A stretch of 63,788 nt of DNA, counting the filler, from Octopus bimaculoides (Eukaryota): assembly GCF_001194135.2 (NCBI RefSeq). It is 5 parts of 4 records of this genome, joined end to end, with 100 filler letters (N's around TTAATTAATTAA, not from the genome) between each part and the next. Parts side by side here need not be neighbours in the genome. Positions count along the whole stretch, not along the records: positions 1 to 31,410 come from NC_068995.1; 4 more parts are not named here. One strand, written 5' to 3'. The position numbers were made by a program, and so were the translations under genes. The notes beneath the pieces were generated by a model. It had not been told where the DNA came from. It did no database searches and was given only the letters and a program-made list of their open reading frames with translations. Numbering within the stretch: the stretch's first letter is position 1; every line of letters begins with the position of its first letter. Positions 12,950-25,086 of the stretch are shown here, piece after piece.

Positions 12950-14450
12950 CATGCATAAATTCTTTAGACGTCTTGACAATAGCAAAATGGTCCTTGGTTC
13001 GCTGAAATTTTTTCAACATCCCTTCTCAATGGGTAACATTTCGTTCTGAAGTAAACGATCAAGGCACTTTTGCAGCAGATATGCCTGTTGCCTGTCAACA
13101 GCTTTTATAGCAAATTCAAGCACGCAACTGGTTTGTAATTTCCAATTAACGGACTCTTCATTTTATCCTTCACTATCGAAGTAGTCTTCTCTTCAAAGAT
13201 CCAACTTAGAACTTCCCCTTGTACTACACTATCATTTAGGTACTTCTTAGTTTTGAATAAACACTTTTAAATCATTTCAACAAGGCTGTTTGGATCCCAT
13301 CCGATCCAGGAGTTTCCAGTTTGGCGTTTTCCTAACTGGCTGTTGAACGTTTTCCTTTGCAGTTCTTTACTATCTTCGTTTTGGTACATTAAATAATCTA
13401 TCCTCAATTTCATTTATCCATCTCGCATCTTTAAGCTCCTTTGTAATCACACATAAATTGGATCAAAATTGTGTGAATGTTTCAGTATTCGGTGCAAGAT
13501 CCACTCCATTCGCCCCCGCCCCAATAGTGTTCTATAGAACATCTTCTGATTTGCAGAGAACAGTTTTTCTATTTGTATTGCTTTTGTTCATTTGTATAGT
13601 GCCTAACCCCATTTAATTTTGCCTTGATTCGTTGTTTCACCTCTTCCACCACTACATTCAAACCTTTCAGCTTATTTTATACCCCAAGTTCACTCGTCGC
13701 TTCTCTCCTACATTGGTCTTTTTCCATTTTCCTCAATTCCATGCATCCATTTTACCTAGATCTTTTCTGAGCTGAGTTATATCACCTTCCAGTCTTCTCT
13801 TCCACCAGGTTTCCTTACATTTCTTCTTTTCTGTTTGCTTGATACTTAATCCCTTACCAAACCTGCAGTGCTAATTAACTTTCTCAAATCGGTGATACCG
13901 TTGCTTTCACTATATTTCATCTCATGATTTACTTTCGCTGTTTTACTTGTTATATTCCAAAGATTCAGCTGGGTCCCATTGAATCTAGGATCACGAAACA
14001 GATCTCTCAATCTTTAGAAATCAATCTTATTTCTTCCTCTTCATTTTCATTTGACTTTTCAATGTCCACGTCATCAATCGCTTGATTTTCCACTCCCTCC
14101 ACATTCAGAGGTTCATAATTTTCTGCTTTATCAGCATCTTAGTAGGCTATCCTCAGTTCCTTAATTTTCATTGTGAACTTTATTCTTAACTTTTAACATT
14201 CATCTCTTCTAAGTTACTTTCAATATTAACATTCATGCTTTGTGCTTCCAGGGCCTCTAATTCAACTTTGATGGACTAATTACAGCGTCTAATTTTACTT
14301 ATCTTCCTATCAAATTGTTCACATTGATTTCAAACCTTCGAAAGGTTTTCCATAGTCGAAGTACCCGTTTGCCCATACCATGTGCATCACCATCTTTTGC
14401 AAGAATGTGATGATTGTAATTTTGTTATCTTCTTTGTTACATTTCCTTCA
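12950..14450 (-). mobile_element. R4/Dong-like LINE N-terminal to early RT region (decayed)
   Basis: Homologous to 29141-30211 (GYRKR/LCDQ region, PWWKRR, NWKTPGSDG-like motif); many stops. Confidence 0.65.
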
Positions 14451-15013
14451 ACTTTCGATCTCATAGCGTAATTTTATTCCCCTGCGGTTTTAAACCCGTG
14501 GTTTAAGTTCGCATTGTGAGAACCTGCGGACGCCTGTACCCTCTGAGGTAAGCTGCTAACAGCCTCACTCCCGTCATACCGGCCCTGGCCAACGGCTTCG
14601 CGTCTAGTTGCTTCCAAAAGGCTCCCATTTAGCAATTCGAGACCATATTTCTTGCCGCATCATTTCCATGAGATTTGCGGTTATGAGGTTGCGCAACTAC
14701 CAGTGCTTTTATTGTGTACACCTCTACTATGAAAGTCTCATCAACTAAAACTAAACGCCCCTCCACTGCCATTTGGTCCGACTAACTCACCGGACGTCAG
14801 TCCGGTAACCCTCAGTAACGAGAGTGTTTTGTTGAGATACTAACTCTAGGACGATTATCTGCTAAGATTAACGAGCTTATCCTGCCCGTGAGGCACGGCT
14901 ATACCGCCGAGGTTGACGTTGCCTTTCATCCTCTCGTGGTTGATGTTATAGATTTTTCCCACCCCTGAACTTGCTGACTTTGTGCCAAAATATGAAACCA
15001 TTATTATCATTAT

Positions 15014-16245
15014 TGAGTGAGAGAGGACCACACGTCATGAAAATGACGCTGGGGGTACACATATACAAATCCCAATACGAGGGATACCCCAAAGAAACTG
15101 GATTTTTGCAGTATTATTTTATTCACTTAGTTTTATGTTTACACTTTTATCGCCTTCAAAGTATTTTCCATTTGAAGCAATACATCGGTCCAGGTGCATT
15201 TTTCACTATTCGAAGCAGTGCTGAAACTTCTGCGAAATGATGTCTTTTAACGCCTCCGTTGTGTTTTTTCTCCCCCTTTTCCACATCTGCAAATTCCGTA
15301 GCACCAACTTTCGTCACCAGTGATGACCTTCGGAAAAAGATTTGGACCAGCTTCCAACTGTTCTTTCAGTTCACGACACTCATTCAGCCGTGATTGCTTT
15401 TGATCTTCCGTGAGCAAGTGAGGCACATATTTTGGTGCAACTCTTTTCATTCGCAATTCCTCGCTCAAAATTCATTGGCAGGAGCTCTAGGACACATTAA
15501 TAATATCAACAAGTTCGTCAATTGTTCAGTGACGGTCCTCCAAGATCAGTTTGTAAGTTTTCACGATAGTTTCATTCGTTTGGAAGGTCGACGGTTGTCC
15601 TGAACAAGGTTGGTCTTCAAGCGACAAGTGACCATTCCTAATGTGTGGAAACCACTCGTAAACTTGTTTTTTGCTCATGACAGCGTCCTTGTAAGCTGTT
15701 TGAAGCATGACAATTGTTTTAGCCTCAGTTTTTCCCAGCAGAAAACAGAATTTCACGGAAACACGCTGTTCCTTCGTTTCAGCCATCGCAAAAATCGACG
15801 AACAGGAGAGAAGCACTTCAGAACAAAGACGCACCACGTGACAGTACGACTTCAACCGACGACACCAGTCGGTACACTGATGTCTGAGGGTAGCATCAAG
15901 TGGCCTCTAGCGGCGAAAACCTGAACTACATCGGGTTTGTCCAACAGAGAACGTTTCCGGTTACTTTTGGGCACCCCTTCGTATACCCATCATGACTACT
16001 CGTCTAATAGGGGTACACCAGGTACAAGTATCAAAACCACATGTGCGCGTCATAGTGACCTCATATTAAGATAAGCACCTAGCAAGGGCAACAGACTTAG
16101 AATTTTCTTCAGGTGGGTAGATCATCCCGATTCAAAAGGTCCCTGAATAAGGGTTAAAGATGATGAAAACAATACCCATGTTTCCAGGGATGAATCATTC
16201 AAAAGAATCCCTCTCAAGACTATGATGCTCTCCCACTACTTCTGC
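15014..16245. mobile_element. Non-autonomous (TAA)n-flanked repeat, split by a mariner insertion
   Basis: 15014-15075 and 15984-16245 match consecutive parts of the element at 30600-31135. Confidence 0.7.
15078..15981 (-). mobile_element. Mariner DNA transposon, internally deleted
   Basis: Imperfect ~25-bp TIRs with TA at 15076-77 and 15982-83. Transposase runs MAETKEQRVSVKFCFLLGK...VPHLLT...ITGDESWCYG, then jumps directly to the C-terminal CIASNGKYFEGDK; the 2nd and 3rd catalytic Asp regions are deleted. Confidence 0.92.
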
Positions 16246-16259
16246 TGGTGTTGTTGTTG

Positions 16260-16326
<67 letters not shown>

Positions 16327-16570
16327 CATTATTTGGGATTCTATTTATTATTTATTTGTCTAATTTCTATTATATATCCTCTGTTATATCCCTTAATGTG
16401 GTAGTATTTCCCTGTGATTGATGTAAACCCCACCTGTTTTTGTTTTGGTACTTTTTGGTTTTTGCTTTGTTTTGTGAGCTGTGACTCGTCCTTCGATATT
16501 GTCCTCCATATCTTGGGCCCATGTGGTCAATAAAAAATTCTTCTTCTTCTTCTTCTTATTATTATTATTA

Positions 16571-16597
16571 CTAGCTGGACCCGTGAAAAATTCACGG
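16571..16597 (-). mobile_element. Helitron-type 3' terminus
   Basis: On the minus strand, a CCGTGAA-TTT-TTCACGG 7-bp hairpin, 6 nt, then CTAG|T. Confidence 0.45.
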
Positions 16598-16674
16598 AAA
16601 ATATAAAAAAATGTAGGCATCTGTAAATTGTGTGATAGTGAAATGAGGAAAGTTTCTATATTGTGACTGTTAAA

Positions 16675-16890
16675 GGTGGCGAGCTGGCAGAATCGTAAGC
16701 ACGCTGGGCGAAATGCTTAGCGGTGTTTCACCTGGCTTTACGCTCTGAGTTCAAATTCTGCCGTAATCAACTTTACGTTTCATCCTTTCGGGGTCAATAA
16801 ATTAAGTACCAGTTGCGTACTTTGGTCGATCTAATCAACCTGTCCCCCCCTCCCCCCACAAATTTCAGGACTTGTGCCTATAGTAGAAAA
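16675..16890 (+). mobile_element. tRNA-derived SINE family B
   Basis: GGCGAGCTGGCAGAA..TTAGC A-box region and GAGTTCAAATTC B-box; other copies at 27038-27110, 39278-39505, 39508-39697 and 58085-58245 (-). Confidence 0.8.
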
Positions 16891-16895
16891 GTTTA

Positions 16896-17577
16896 GGATC
16901 TATTTTAAAACGGGGGCCACNNNNNNNNNNNNNNNNNNNNNNNNNNNNNNNNNNNNNNNNNNNNNNNNNNNNNNNNNNNNNNNNNNNNNNNNNNNNNNNN
17001 NNNNNNNNNNNNNNNNNNNNNNNNNNNNNNNNNNNNNNNNNNNNNNNNNNNNNNNNNNNNNNNNNNNNNNNNNNNNNNNNNNNNNNNNNNNNNNNNNNNN
17101 NNNNNNNNNNNNNNNNNNNNNNNNNNNNNNNNNNNNNNNNNNNNNNNNNNNNNNNNNNNNNNNNNNNNNNNNNNNNNNNNNNNNNNNNNNNNNNNNNNNN
17201 NNNNNNNNNNNNNNNNNNNNNNNNNNNNNNNNNNNNNNNNNNNNNNNNNNNNNNNNNNNNNNNNNNNNNNNNNNNNNNNNNNNNNNNNNNNNNNNNNNNN
17301 NNNNNNNNNNNNGAAAAAAGAAGTTATGGAGATTAAATACGCTTTACACCGCTTAATCAGCCAAAGGAGTAAATATAAACAACTGAATACTTGTCAGTGA
17401 TTGGTTGAAATTATCGAAATAAGACAATTTTTTACATGAAATAAATTCGAATACAAAAATATTTTTCTGTTCTATAACACAAAATAGATAAGTATACGAA
17501 GTTTGAAAGTCTTTCGGTACCAAAAACACTACGTAAAACATTAATGAAAACTGTGGCCCCCGTTTTAAAATAGATCC
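16896..17577. mobile_element. MITE-like element with 25-bp terminal inverted repeats (contains a gap)
   Basis: GGATCTATTTTAAAACGGGGGCCAC (16896-16920) and its exact reverse complement (17553-17577). Confidence 0.6.
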
Positions 17578-17756
17578 AAAGTTTATTGCGACAGTTACAG
17601 AGTATAGAAAGAAGTGTAAAACCGATAACTATATAATCCAACCAAAATATCTCAGTTACGCAAACGTAAGCAGAATTACTGTTTAGCCTTAGAATACATC
17701 GTAAATATTCAGGGAACCGTTTTGGTTCAGTGGTACGGAACGTTTTGTTTTATTCT

Positions 17757-17898
17757 TTTACTTGTTTCAGTCATTTGACGGTGGCCATGCTGGACCACTG
17801 CCCTTTAGTTGAAGAAATTGACCCCTGGACTTATTCCCTGTAAGCCTGATGCTTATTCTACCAGTCTCTTCTGCTGAGCAGCTAAGTTACAGGGACGT
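17757..17898 (-). mobile_element. SINE family A copy
   Basis: Reverse complement of the 38-245 family. Confidence 0.75.
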
Positions 17899-18159
17899 CC
17901 ATTATTTGATACAAGAAAAAAGAAATTGGAAAAATCCTGACAAAAACAGAGAAATTGTAACTTAACAAAAAATATAGAAAGAGAAAGAAAAGGTTCTATT
18001 TTCCAAAGCCAAAAGATGTGTTTTTAGCTGGGGTGTAATTTTATAATTAGAACAAATTCAAAATTTAAATTTCGGAATATAAAATTTAACATGTCATCTG
18101 GTGTATAGCCGAATTCAAATAGGTAGAAAACCTAAAACAAATGTGTGTGTATTTGTTTA

Positions 18160-18218
<59 letters not shown>

Positions 18219-18659
18219 NNNNNNNNNNNNNNNNNNNNNNNNNNNNNNNNNNNNNNNNNNNNNNNNNNNNNNNNNNNNNNNNNNNNNNNNNNNNNNNNNN
18301 NNNNNNNNNNNNNNNNNNNNNNNNNNNNNNNNNNNNNNNNNNNNNNNNNNNNNNNNNNNNNNNNNNNNNNNNNNNNNNNNNNNNNNNNNNNNNNNNNNNN
18401 NNNNNNNNNNNNNNNNNNNNNNNNNNNNNNNNNNNNNNNNNNNNNNNNNNNNNNNNNNNNNNNNNNNNNNNNNNNNNNNNNNNACAACACGTAGGTGGTG
18501 ATTTCAAATCTCTTCCAGAAATTACAAGAGATTTAGTTAGAAAATTTTATTCAAGTAGCAAAATTTCTTTCAATAATTTCTTTCTCTAAAGCGTGACACA
18601 CGCATCAGGTACGTACAAAAAATACAAATTGGCGTATTATTATTACTATTTATTTTTAT

Positions 18660-19290
18660 CACAGGTTTTGTTGGAACTCCTGGGGTCTTGCATGTATAGC
18701 GGGCTTGCTATCTGTTGCCTACTGTACCTTGCTATCCGTTCTTTTCAACTATCTAATACTTTCCTGATTATTCTGGTCGTGCCAAGGAGGCAAGCCTTTT
18801 GTAACAGTTCTACTGGAAACTATATTCCAATTTCCTTAATATTCCTCTTGATGCCTTCTGATACTGTCCCCAAGGACTCAACAATAATTGGCACTATCTT
18901 CACCTTCTTCATTTTCCATAGCCGCGCTATTTCGTACTTAAGAGGACTGTATTTATCTTTTTTTCTCGCCTTCCATCTTGAATATTCGTGGGTCAAAGAG
19001 GCACGCAACATCAACCATATAGCCCATGTGGTGCACCTTGTCGACCACCATTAAGTCCGGTCTGTAATGCTCTAGCACCTTATCTGTTTAGATAGGGAAA
19101 TCCCAAAGAATTTTGCTAGTCTCTGACTCCGCCACTCACTGCGGTTTGTGCTCATACCCCGTTTAGCCTCTCTCTAGCTCCCACTTTTCGCACTGCTTCC
19201 AATGTAGCACTTTCACTTCCTGATCATGTCGCCATTATTTGTAGTGGTTTTGGGCAAGTCTAGGGCATTCGTTCGTGAAATGGGCAATGG
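18660..19290 (-). mobile_element. R4/Dong-like LINE 3' end (zinc knuckle plus REL endonuclease)
   Basis: ETIAHFTNECPRLAQ..RHDQ zinc knuckle; KYSPLKYEIARLWKMKKVKIVPIIVESLG; GTTRIIRKVL; degenerate (TAA)n tail at 18634-18657. Confidence 0.85.
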
Positions 19291-19299
19291 TTTCATCCA

Positions 19300-22200
19300 G
19301 TCTATTACAGATGCCGGCACAGCGGAGAGACTTGCTCATTCTAGAAAAGGTGTTCTCACCAGACTATGTCGCGAACTCCATAACCGAGTTCAAATACGAG
19401 CTGGATGAAGGAGTTACCTTCCAAGCTTACTACAGAAGATAGCAAATCTTTGAGAAAGAATGTAAAGATTGGGACGACGGGATAAAAATGCGCTTAATCT
19501 TGAGAAAACTGGTGGCAGCAGAACATGAACGATATAGTAATTATGTACTCCTAAGGAAACCTTCGGACATAAGCTTCAAAGACACGATGGATATATTGTG
19601 TAAAATTTTCAGTGAAAAGAGCTCATTGTTCAATATACGTTGGAAGTGCCTGAACATAGAGAAAACAACGACGAGGACTACATCACATGTGCTGGTAGAG
19701 TAAACAGGGAATGCGAGAAGTTTAAGTTGGAGGAATTAACCTCGGATATGTTCAAATGCCTGATTTTTAAAAAGGGACTTACTGCCGAAAAGGACGCAGA
19801 AGTTAGAACTAGAATTCTCACAAAGCTGGAACAAAACCAGAATGTAACCCTGCAGCAAGTGTCAGAAGAATGTGAAAGGATAGTCAAATTAAGACACGAC
19901 ACAGAGGAAATTGAACGTAAAGATTGTTTCTAAGTAACGCAAGTGCAAAATAGTCAGATAGTGATGAGTGATAGAATAGTGATAAAATAGTAATAAAAAA
20001 CACGACAAAAATCAGGAAATAAACCCATGTTTTGCATGAGGAAAAATTGTCCGTTTAAAAAAGCAGGGTACTTTCGTTGTGGAAATATAGGACATATAAA
20101 GATGCACTGTAGAACGAAAATGACAAAATGTCAGAACAAAGGAAAAAGAATAAATAGTGTGTCATAGGAAGAAATTGGTAATATAACGATGAGGAAATTC
20201 GTGAAGGTGAAAATCAGAAATACAAGTATTAAAATGCAGTTGGACACTGATAGTGATATCACCATTATAAACGAAAAATCTTGGAAATATGTTGGTAAGC
20301 CGAAATTAATTAAATCGAAAAAGGTGGCACAAGGTGTTACGGAAAAAAGATATTTTTTCGGTGAATTAGTATGTAATGTAACATTTCGTGGTCAAGCGAA
20401 AAAGGCAACGATATACGTTAAAACGTTCACTTAATTTATTCGGCAGAGTAGAAGGAACTATTCAAAGTTTGGAATACGTCCATAAGAGTTTTGTATAGAA
20501 ATATAGTCCGTTCAGTCGAAGGTTGAGGGACTGAAACAAAAATAAAAAAATATTTCCAGATGTTTTTTTGTTGGAAGAACTGGGTTGTTGTACAAAAACA
20601 AAAGCTAAGATAGCCGTAAAACAAAGTGCAACACCGGTCTTTAGACCAAAACGAAATGTCCCGTTTACAACAATACACCAGGTTAACGAAGAAATGGAAC
20701 GACTGGAAAGTCTTAGTATAATTGAAAAGACGGACCACGCAGAGTAGGCAGCACCGACGGTTTACCTGAAAAAGAATAACAAAATAAGAATTTATGCAGA
20801 TTTTTCAACTGCATGGAATGATTGTTTAGTTGCAAATAACTACCCATTACCCATTCCGAAGGAAGTGTTTGCAAAATTGGAGGGAAATTCTCTAAATTAG
20901 ACCTCTCGGGGTTATATCTACGAAGAAGAATGAGCACATTTATTAACAATTATCACACACCAAGGCTTGTTTAAATTTAAACGGCTTCACTTCGGTGTAA
21001 AGGTGGCTCCTACAACGGCGATAAAGAATATGCCCACACTAAAAAATGTAACTATGTTGCAGGCATTCTTGGGTTTGGTAAACTATTACCAAATCTACAT
21101 TCCAGACATACATAATGTAAGGGCCCCACTCAATGATCTGTTGAAAAAGAATACAAAATAGTGTTGGACGGATAAGTGCCAGAAGGCATTCGATGAATTG
21201 AAAAGTATTTTAACTTCGGATCTATAACTGACGCATTTTGACCCGCAGTTGGAAATTATACTAGCTACAGATGCAAGTGAGTACGGTGTAGGAGCCGTAC
21301 TTCTGCACAAATACGACGATGGCAGTAAAAAGGCTTCAAGATCGTTATTGCCAGCTGAAAAGAATTATAGTCAGATAGAAAAAGAGGCGTTGTCAATCAT
21401 ATTTGATGTCAAGAAGTTCCATAGATTTATCCATGGAAGATGTTTCTGTTTGCAAACAGATTACCGCCCATTGCTGACAATATAAGGTTCTGAAAAAGAA
21501 TACCAATGCACACAGCAAATAAACTACAGAGATGGGGCACTATACAATTAAATTACGACTACAGAAATGGAATATTTACTGTCGAAAAAATTAGGATATG
21601 CGGGTGGTTTTTCCAGACTGATACCAAAATACGGCAACCCATTCGAAGAGACGGTAATCGCAGCTCTAAGAGCTGAAGGTGAAATAAAAACGTGATGTGG
21701 AACGTGGTACGAGAGTTGCCGGTGACCCTGGAGGATATAAAGCGGAATGCGGTAAAAGACAAGTTTATAAAGGAAACAAAAAGAACACTGTGGTTATCAA
21801 AACAAAATAGGAACAAGTTTGGTGCGAAATGAAACCAAGACGTGAACCTATACTCAATGTGTGATGGCGTACTAATGTATACACAGAGAGTAGTGATACC
21901 AGAAACACTACTAAAGAAAATGTTGAGAGAATTTCACGTCGGATATCTTGGTATTTCAAGAATGAAGGCTTAAATGCGCATTTACGTATACTGGTCGAAA
22001 ACGGACAGAGAAATCGAAAATTTGGTGAAAGGCTGAAGAGGGTGTGCTCAAGTAGCAAAATTGCCCACGAAAAAAGGTAGATGCCGTGATCGAGACTACA
22101 CATAGATTTAGCTGGTCTTTTGAATGGTTCTTACTACTTAGTGGTAGTTGACAGTTTCTCTAAATGGCCTGAAATTTGTAAGTGCAAAAAATCAACCTCC

Positions 22201-23010
22201 TCAGTTGTGATACATTCTTTACACGAATTGTTTGAAAAATTTGGCATCCCAGACAAGATAGTGTCTGACAATGGGACGCAATTTGTGTCTAGCGAATTAA
22301 AAAAAAATGTGAAACGTTCGCGGTAGAACATATAACTACGTCGCCATGCCATCCCAGATCTAATGGACAAGCAGAACGCATTGTCGATACTTTCAAGAGA
22401 GCCCTAAGAAAATCGAATAAGGAAGTCACGGATGAGGTAGCTCGACAACTATTTTTGAGAGTATACCGTGTGACACCACATCCAAAAACAGCAGCAGGTA
22501 GCTCATCAGCGGAGCTAATGTTTGCAAGGAAAGTAAAATCAGTCTTTGTTAAACTGCTACCTTGCAAGAAAAGAAAAGTGCCAGGGAAGACATAGCAAGA
22601 TTCTTTAAAGTTGGTGAAAAGGTGGGCATTCAAGAATGGAAAGCAGAGTTGGGAAGCTGACGTAATTACCAAACGCATAAGTAAAATGATGTATTGGGTA
22701 AAAAGTAGGTAATGGCATACAAAAGAGACGCAAGAACCAACTGAAAAAGAGATTCGTGGAAAGCGAATCAAAGAAGTTGGAGGACCGTTGGAATGCTTGT
22801 GCGATACGCTCCAAGTACTAACGCCACTGCAGGTGATCGAACCCAGGCGTACAAGTGAGAGGAAAAGAAAACATACAGAGTTCCTGAAAATAGATGCCAA
22901 GCGCAAAAAAGATTAAATTGTACGACCCCCCCCCCCGCCAAGAACGAGAGGTGGGGTGAAAAACAATATCGCTAAATAAAATGACACTTCTTAAGAAAAA
23001 CTCAAAAGGG
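19300..23010 (+). mobile_element. Ty3/gypsy LTR retrotransposon internal region (gag-PR-RT-RH-INT), decayed
   Basis: Gag NSITEFKYE..FQAYY; CCHC knuckle CGNIGHIKMHC; protease QLDTDSDITII; RT VFRPKRNVPF and FKRLHFGVKVAP with YLDD deleted; RNase [15 protein letters not shown] and [10 protein letters not shown]; integrase VVDSFSKWPE, VSDNGTQF and SNGQAER. Confidence 0.93.
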
Positions 23011-23013
23011 AGA

Positions 23014-23195
23014 TGTTGTAGGGAATTAATAATAATGGTACTCACTTCCTATGTGACGAATAGAATAATCTAGTCAATATAAGTAAAGAGAAGTACGTGA
23101 AGTACCAGAGTACATAGTAGGTGGTCAGAGATCATCGTGTCTGTACTTGTTTTACAAGGTATACTGTATACCAAAGTGGGCGCTGTAACAATACA
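23014..23195 (+). repeat. 3' LTR of the gypsy element
   Basis: Polypurine tract AAAAGGGAGA immediately before TGTTGTA...; ends at CA (23190 or 23195). No matching 5' LTR is present in the window. Confidence 0.65.
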
Positions 23196-23344
23196 AAATT
23201 GTAAGAATTATAACACGTCTTTTTGTACTTCCTCCTTTGTTTTTTTTCTTTTACCTTGCTTTCAATACGCCCTCATTCCGAACTGACACTAGCAAGGTTT
23301 CCTCACTTTGGGCTCGGTATCTCATTAAGCTCTCATGTGTGTTG

Positions 23345-23376
<32 letters not shown>

Positions 23377-23379
<3 letters not shown>

Positions 23380-23452
23380 TTATGTTTGACTTTTGTTTTG
23401 CATTTGTACAAGTTGGATCCAAGTCTCACCCAGAGACCTCAAGAGACAACAA

Positions 23453-23455
<3 letters not shown>
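23377..23455 (-). mobile_element. Very short 3' end of an R4/Dong-like LINE between (TTA)n arrays
   Basis: Near-identical to 31152-31250. Confidence 0.7.
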
Positions 23456-23505
<50 letters not shown>

Positions 23506-23514
23506 GCTGTCCAA

Positions 23515-24120
23515 CTGCATCGTTGGGCGCTGGACGGACTGGTTAAATTGCTCGGGGTCTGGTTCGGTCCGGACCTCTAGATGGACAAGAACTGGAACGA
23601 GATAACGAGCAGGGTGACTATTCTCACCTACAAATGGGCCGAGAGAAAGCTATCCCTGAAGGGTCGGGCAGAGGNNNNNNNNNNNNNNNNNNNNNNNNNN
23701 NNNNNNNNNNNNNNNNNNNNNNNNNNNNNNNNNNNNNNNNNNNNNNNNNNNNNNNNNNNNNNNNNNNNNNNNNNNNNNNNNNNNNNNNNNNNNNNNNNNN
23801 NNNNNNNNNNNNNNNNNNNNNNNNNNNNNNNNNNNNNNNNNNNNNNNNNNNNNNNNNNNNNNNNNNNNNNNNNNNNNNNNNNNNNNNNNNNNNNNNNNNN
23901 NNNNNNNNNNNNNNNNNNNNNNNNNNNNNNNNNNNNNNNNNNNNNNNNNNNNNNNNNNNNNNNNNNNNNNNNNNNNNNNNNNNNNNNNNNNNNNNNNNNN
24001 NNNNNNNNNNNNNNNNNNNNNNNNNNNNNNNNNNNNNNNNNNNNNNNNNNNNNNNACACGTATTTCCGCAGCTAGTTTCTTTAACTTATCTGGGTAAAAC
24101 AGAGACCGAGGGGGAGCCCA
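23515..24120 (+). mobile_element. L1/Tx1-like ORF2 fragment (gap inside)
   Basis: VKLLGVWFGPDL*MDKNWNEITSRV...W.ERKLSLKGRAE. Confidence 0.8.
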
Positions 24121-24213
24121 ATATTCCGCGTTCGATTCCAGACTGTGACCTTAATAATAATAATAATAATAATAATAACATCGAAAAATACCTTAGGTTC
24201 GAAATTTCCCCAA

Positions 24214-24259
24214 GACACCTGATGAAAGCTGGAGAGTATATCAGCCGAAACGTTGTGTT
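24214..24259 (+). ncRNA. Minimal type I hammerhead ribozyme motif
   Basis: GACAC-CUGAUGA-A-AGCUG..CAGCC-GAAA-CG-UU-GUGUU. Stem I is GACAC:GUGUU, stem III is palindromic ACGU, and the cleavage triplet is GUU. Confidence 0.65.
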
Positions 24260-24439
24260 AACAAAAAACAAGATGAGGACAAATATCCATCAAATGTAAA
24301 TAATGAACAACATTAAAGCTTTGACGGGAGAGACAAATAAGCAGTACAACTACAATATAAAGGATTTTCCCCCGTTAGCTAGTAGCTTGGCTACTTCGAT
24401 CAACGATATGAACATCATCACAAACACTAACGTCGCTTT

Positions 24440-24865
24440 GGTTCCGACATGCGCTGTCAGAGGTGCGCGCAGAGTGACGAAACCGTTCTGCACGTTCTCG
24501 TTCAGTGTCCGGGCGTTGCTGACTTGTGGGGTTATGTTGAACAGCTGCTGTCACGTGTGGGACGGATCCGCCTGTCGGCCGACTCTGCTACTGATTGCAC
24601 AGTCACCCGCTTCAATCGAGCAGGCAAGGCAGTTTTCCTTGTCTGGTGGTTGTGACGAAAGAGATTGTTTGGTGGAAGGTTGAAAGGCATGAGGACAGAT
24701 ACATTCCTCTTTGGTAGAGCTCTCATTGACTTTATCAAGTTTCACTTGAAAAGGAAATTGAGAGTGGAGAGGGAAGTGTTGTCCTCGAGTGAGTTTATTA
24801 ACAGGTGGGTGAAAGTTGCGAAAATGGCAAGAGTGGATGGTACTACTCTAAGCGTATACCTGTGA
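24440..24865 (+). mobile_element. L1/Tx1-like ORF2 3' end (zf-RVT)
   Basis: CQRCAQSDETVLHVLVQCP...FIKFHLKRKLRVER..WVKVAKMARVDG. Confidence 0.8.
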
Positions 24866-25039
24866 GTCGGAGAGAAAGTCGGAAAGAATATGTCTCTTCT
24901 TTTCCAGTGTATACCGTGTACACTTTCTTTTTTTTTATTATTTCATTATTATATGTTAACCCCTATACTTTATTCTTGTCTCTGTATTATCCTCCTTCGC
25001 CCTTGTGGCAAATAGATGAAATCATCATCATCATCATCA

Positions 25040-25085
<46 letters not shown>

Positions 25086-25086
<1 letters not shown>

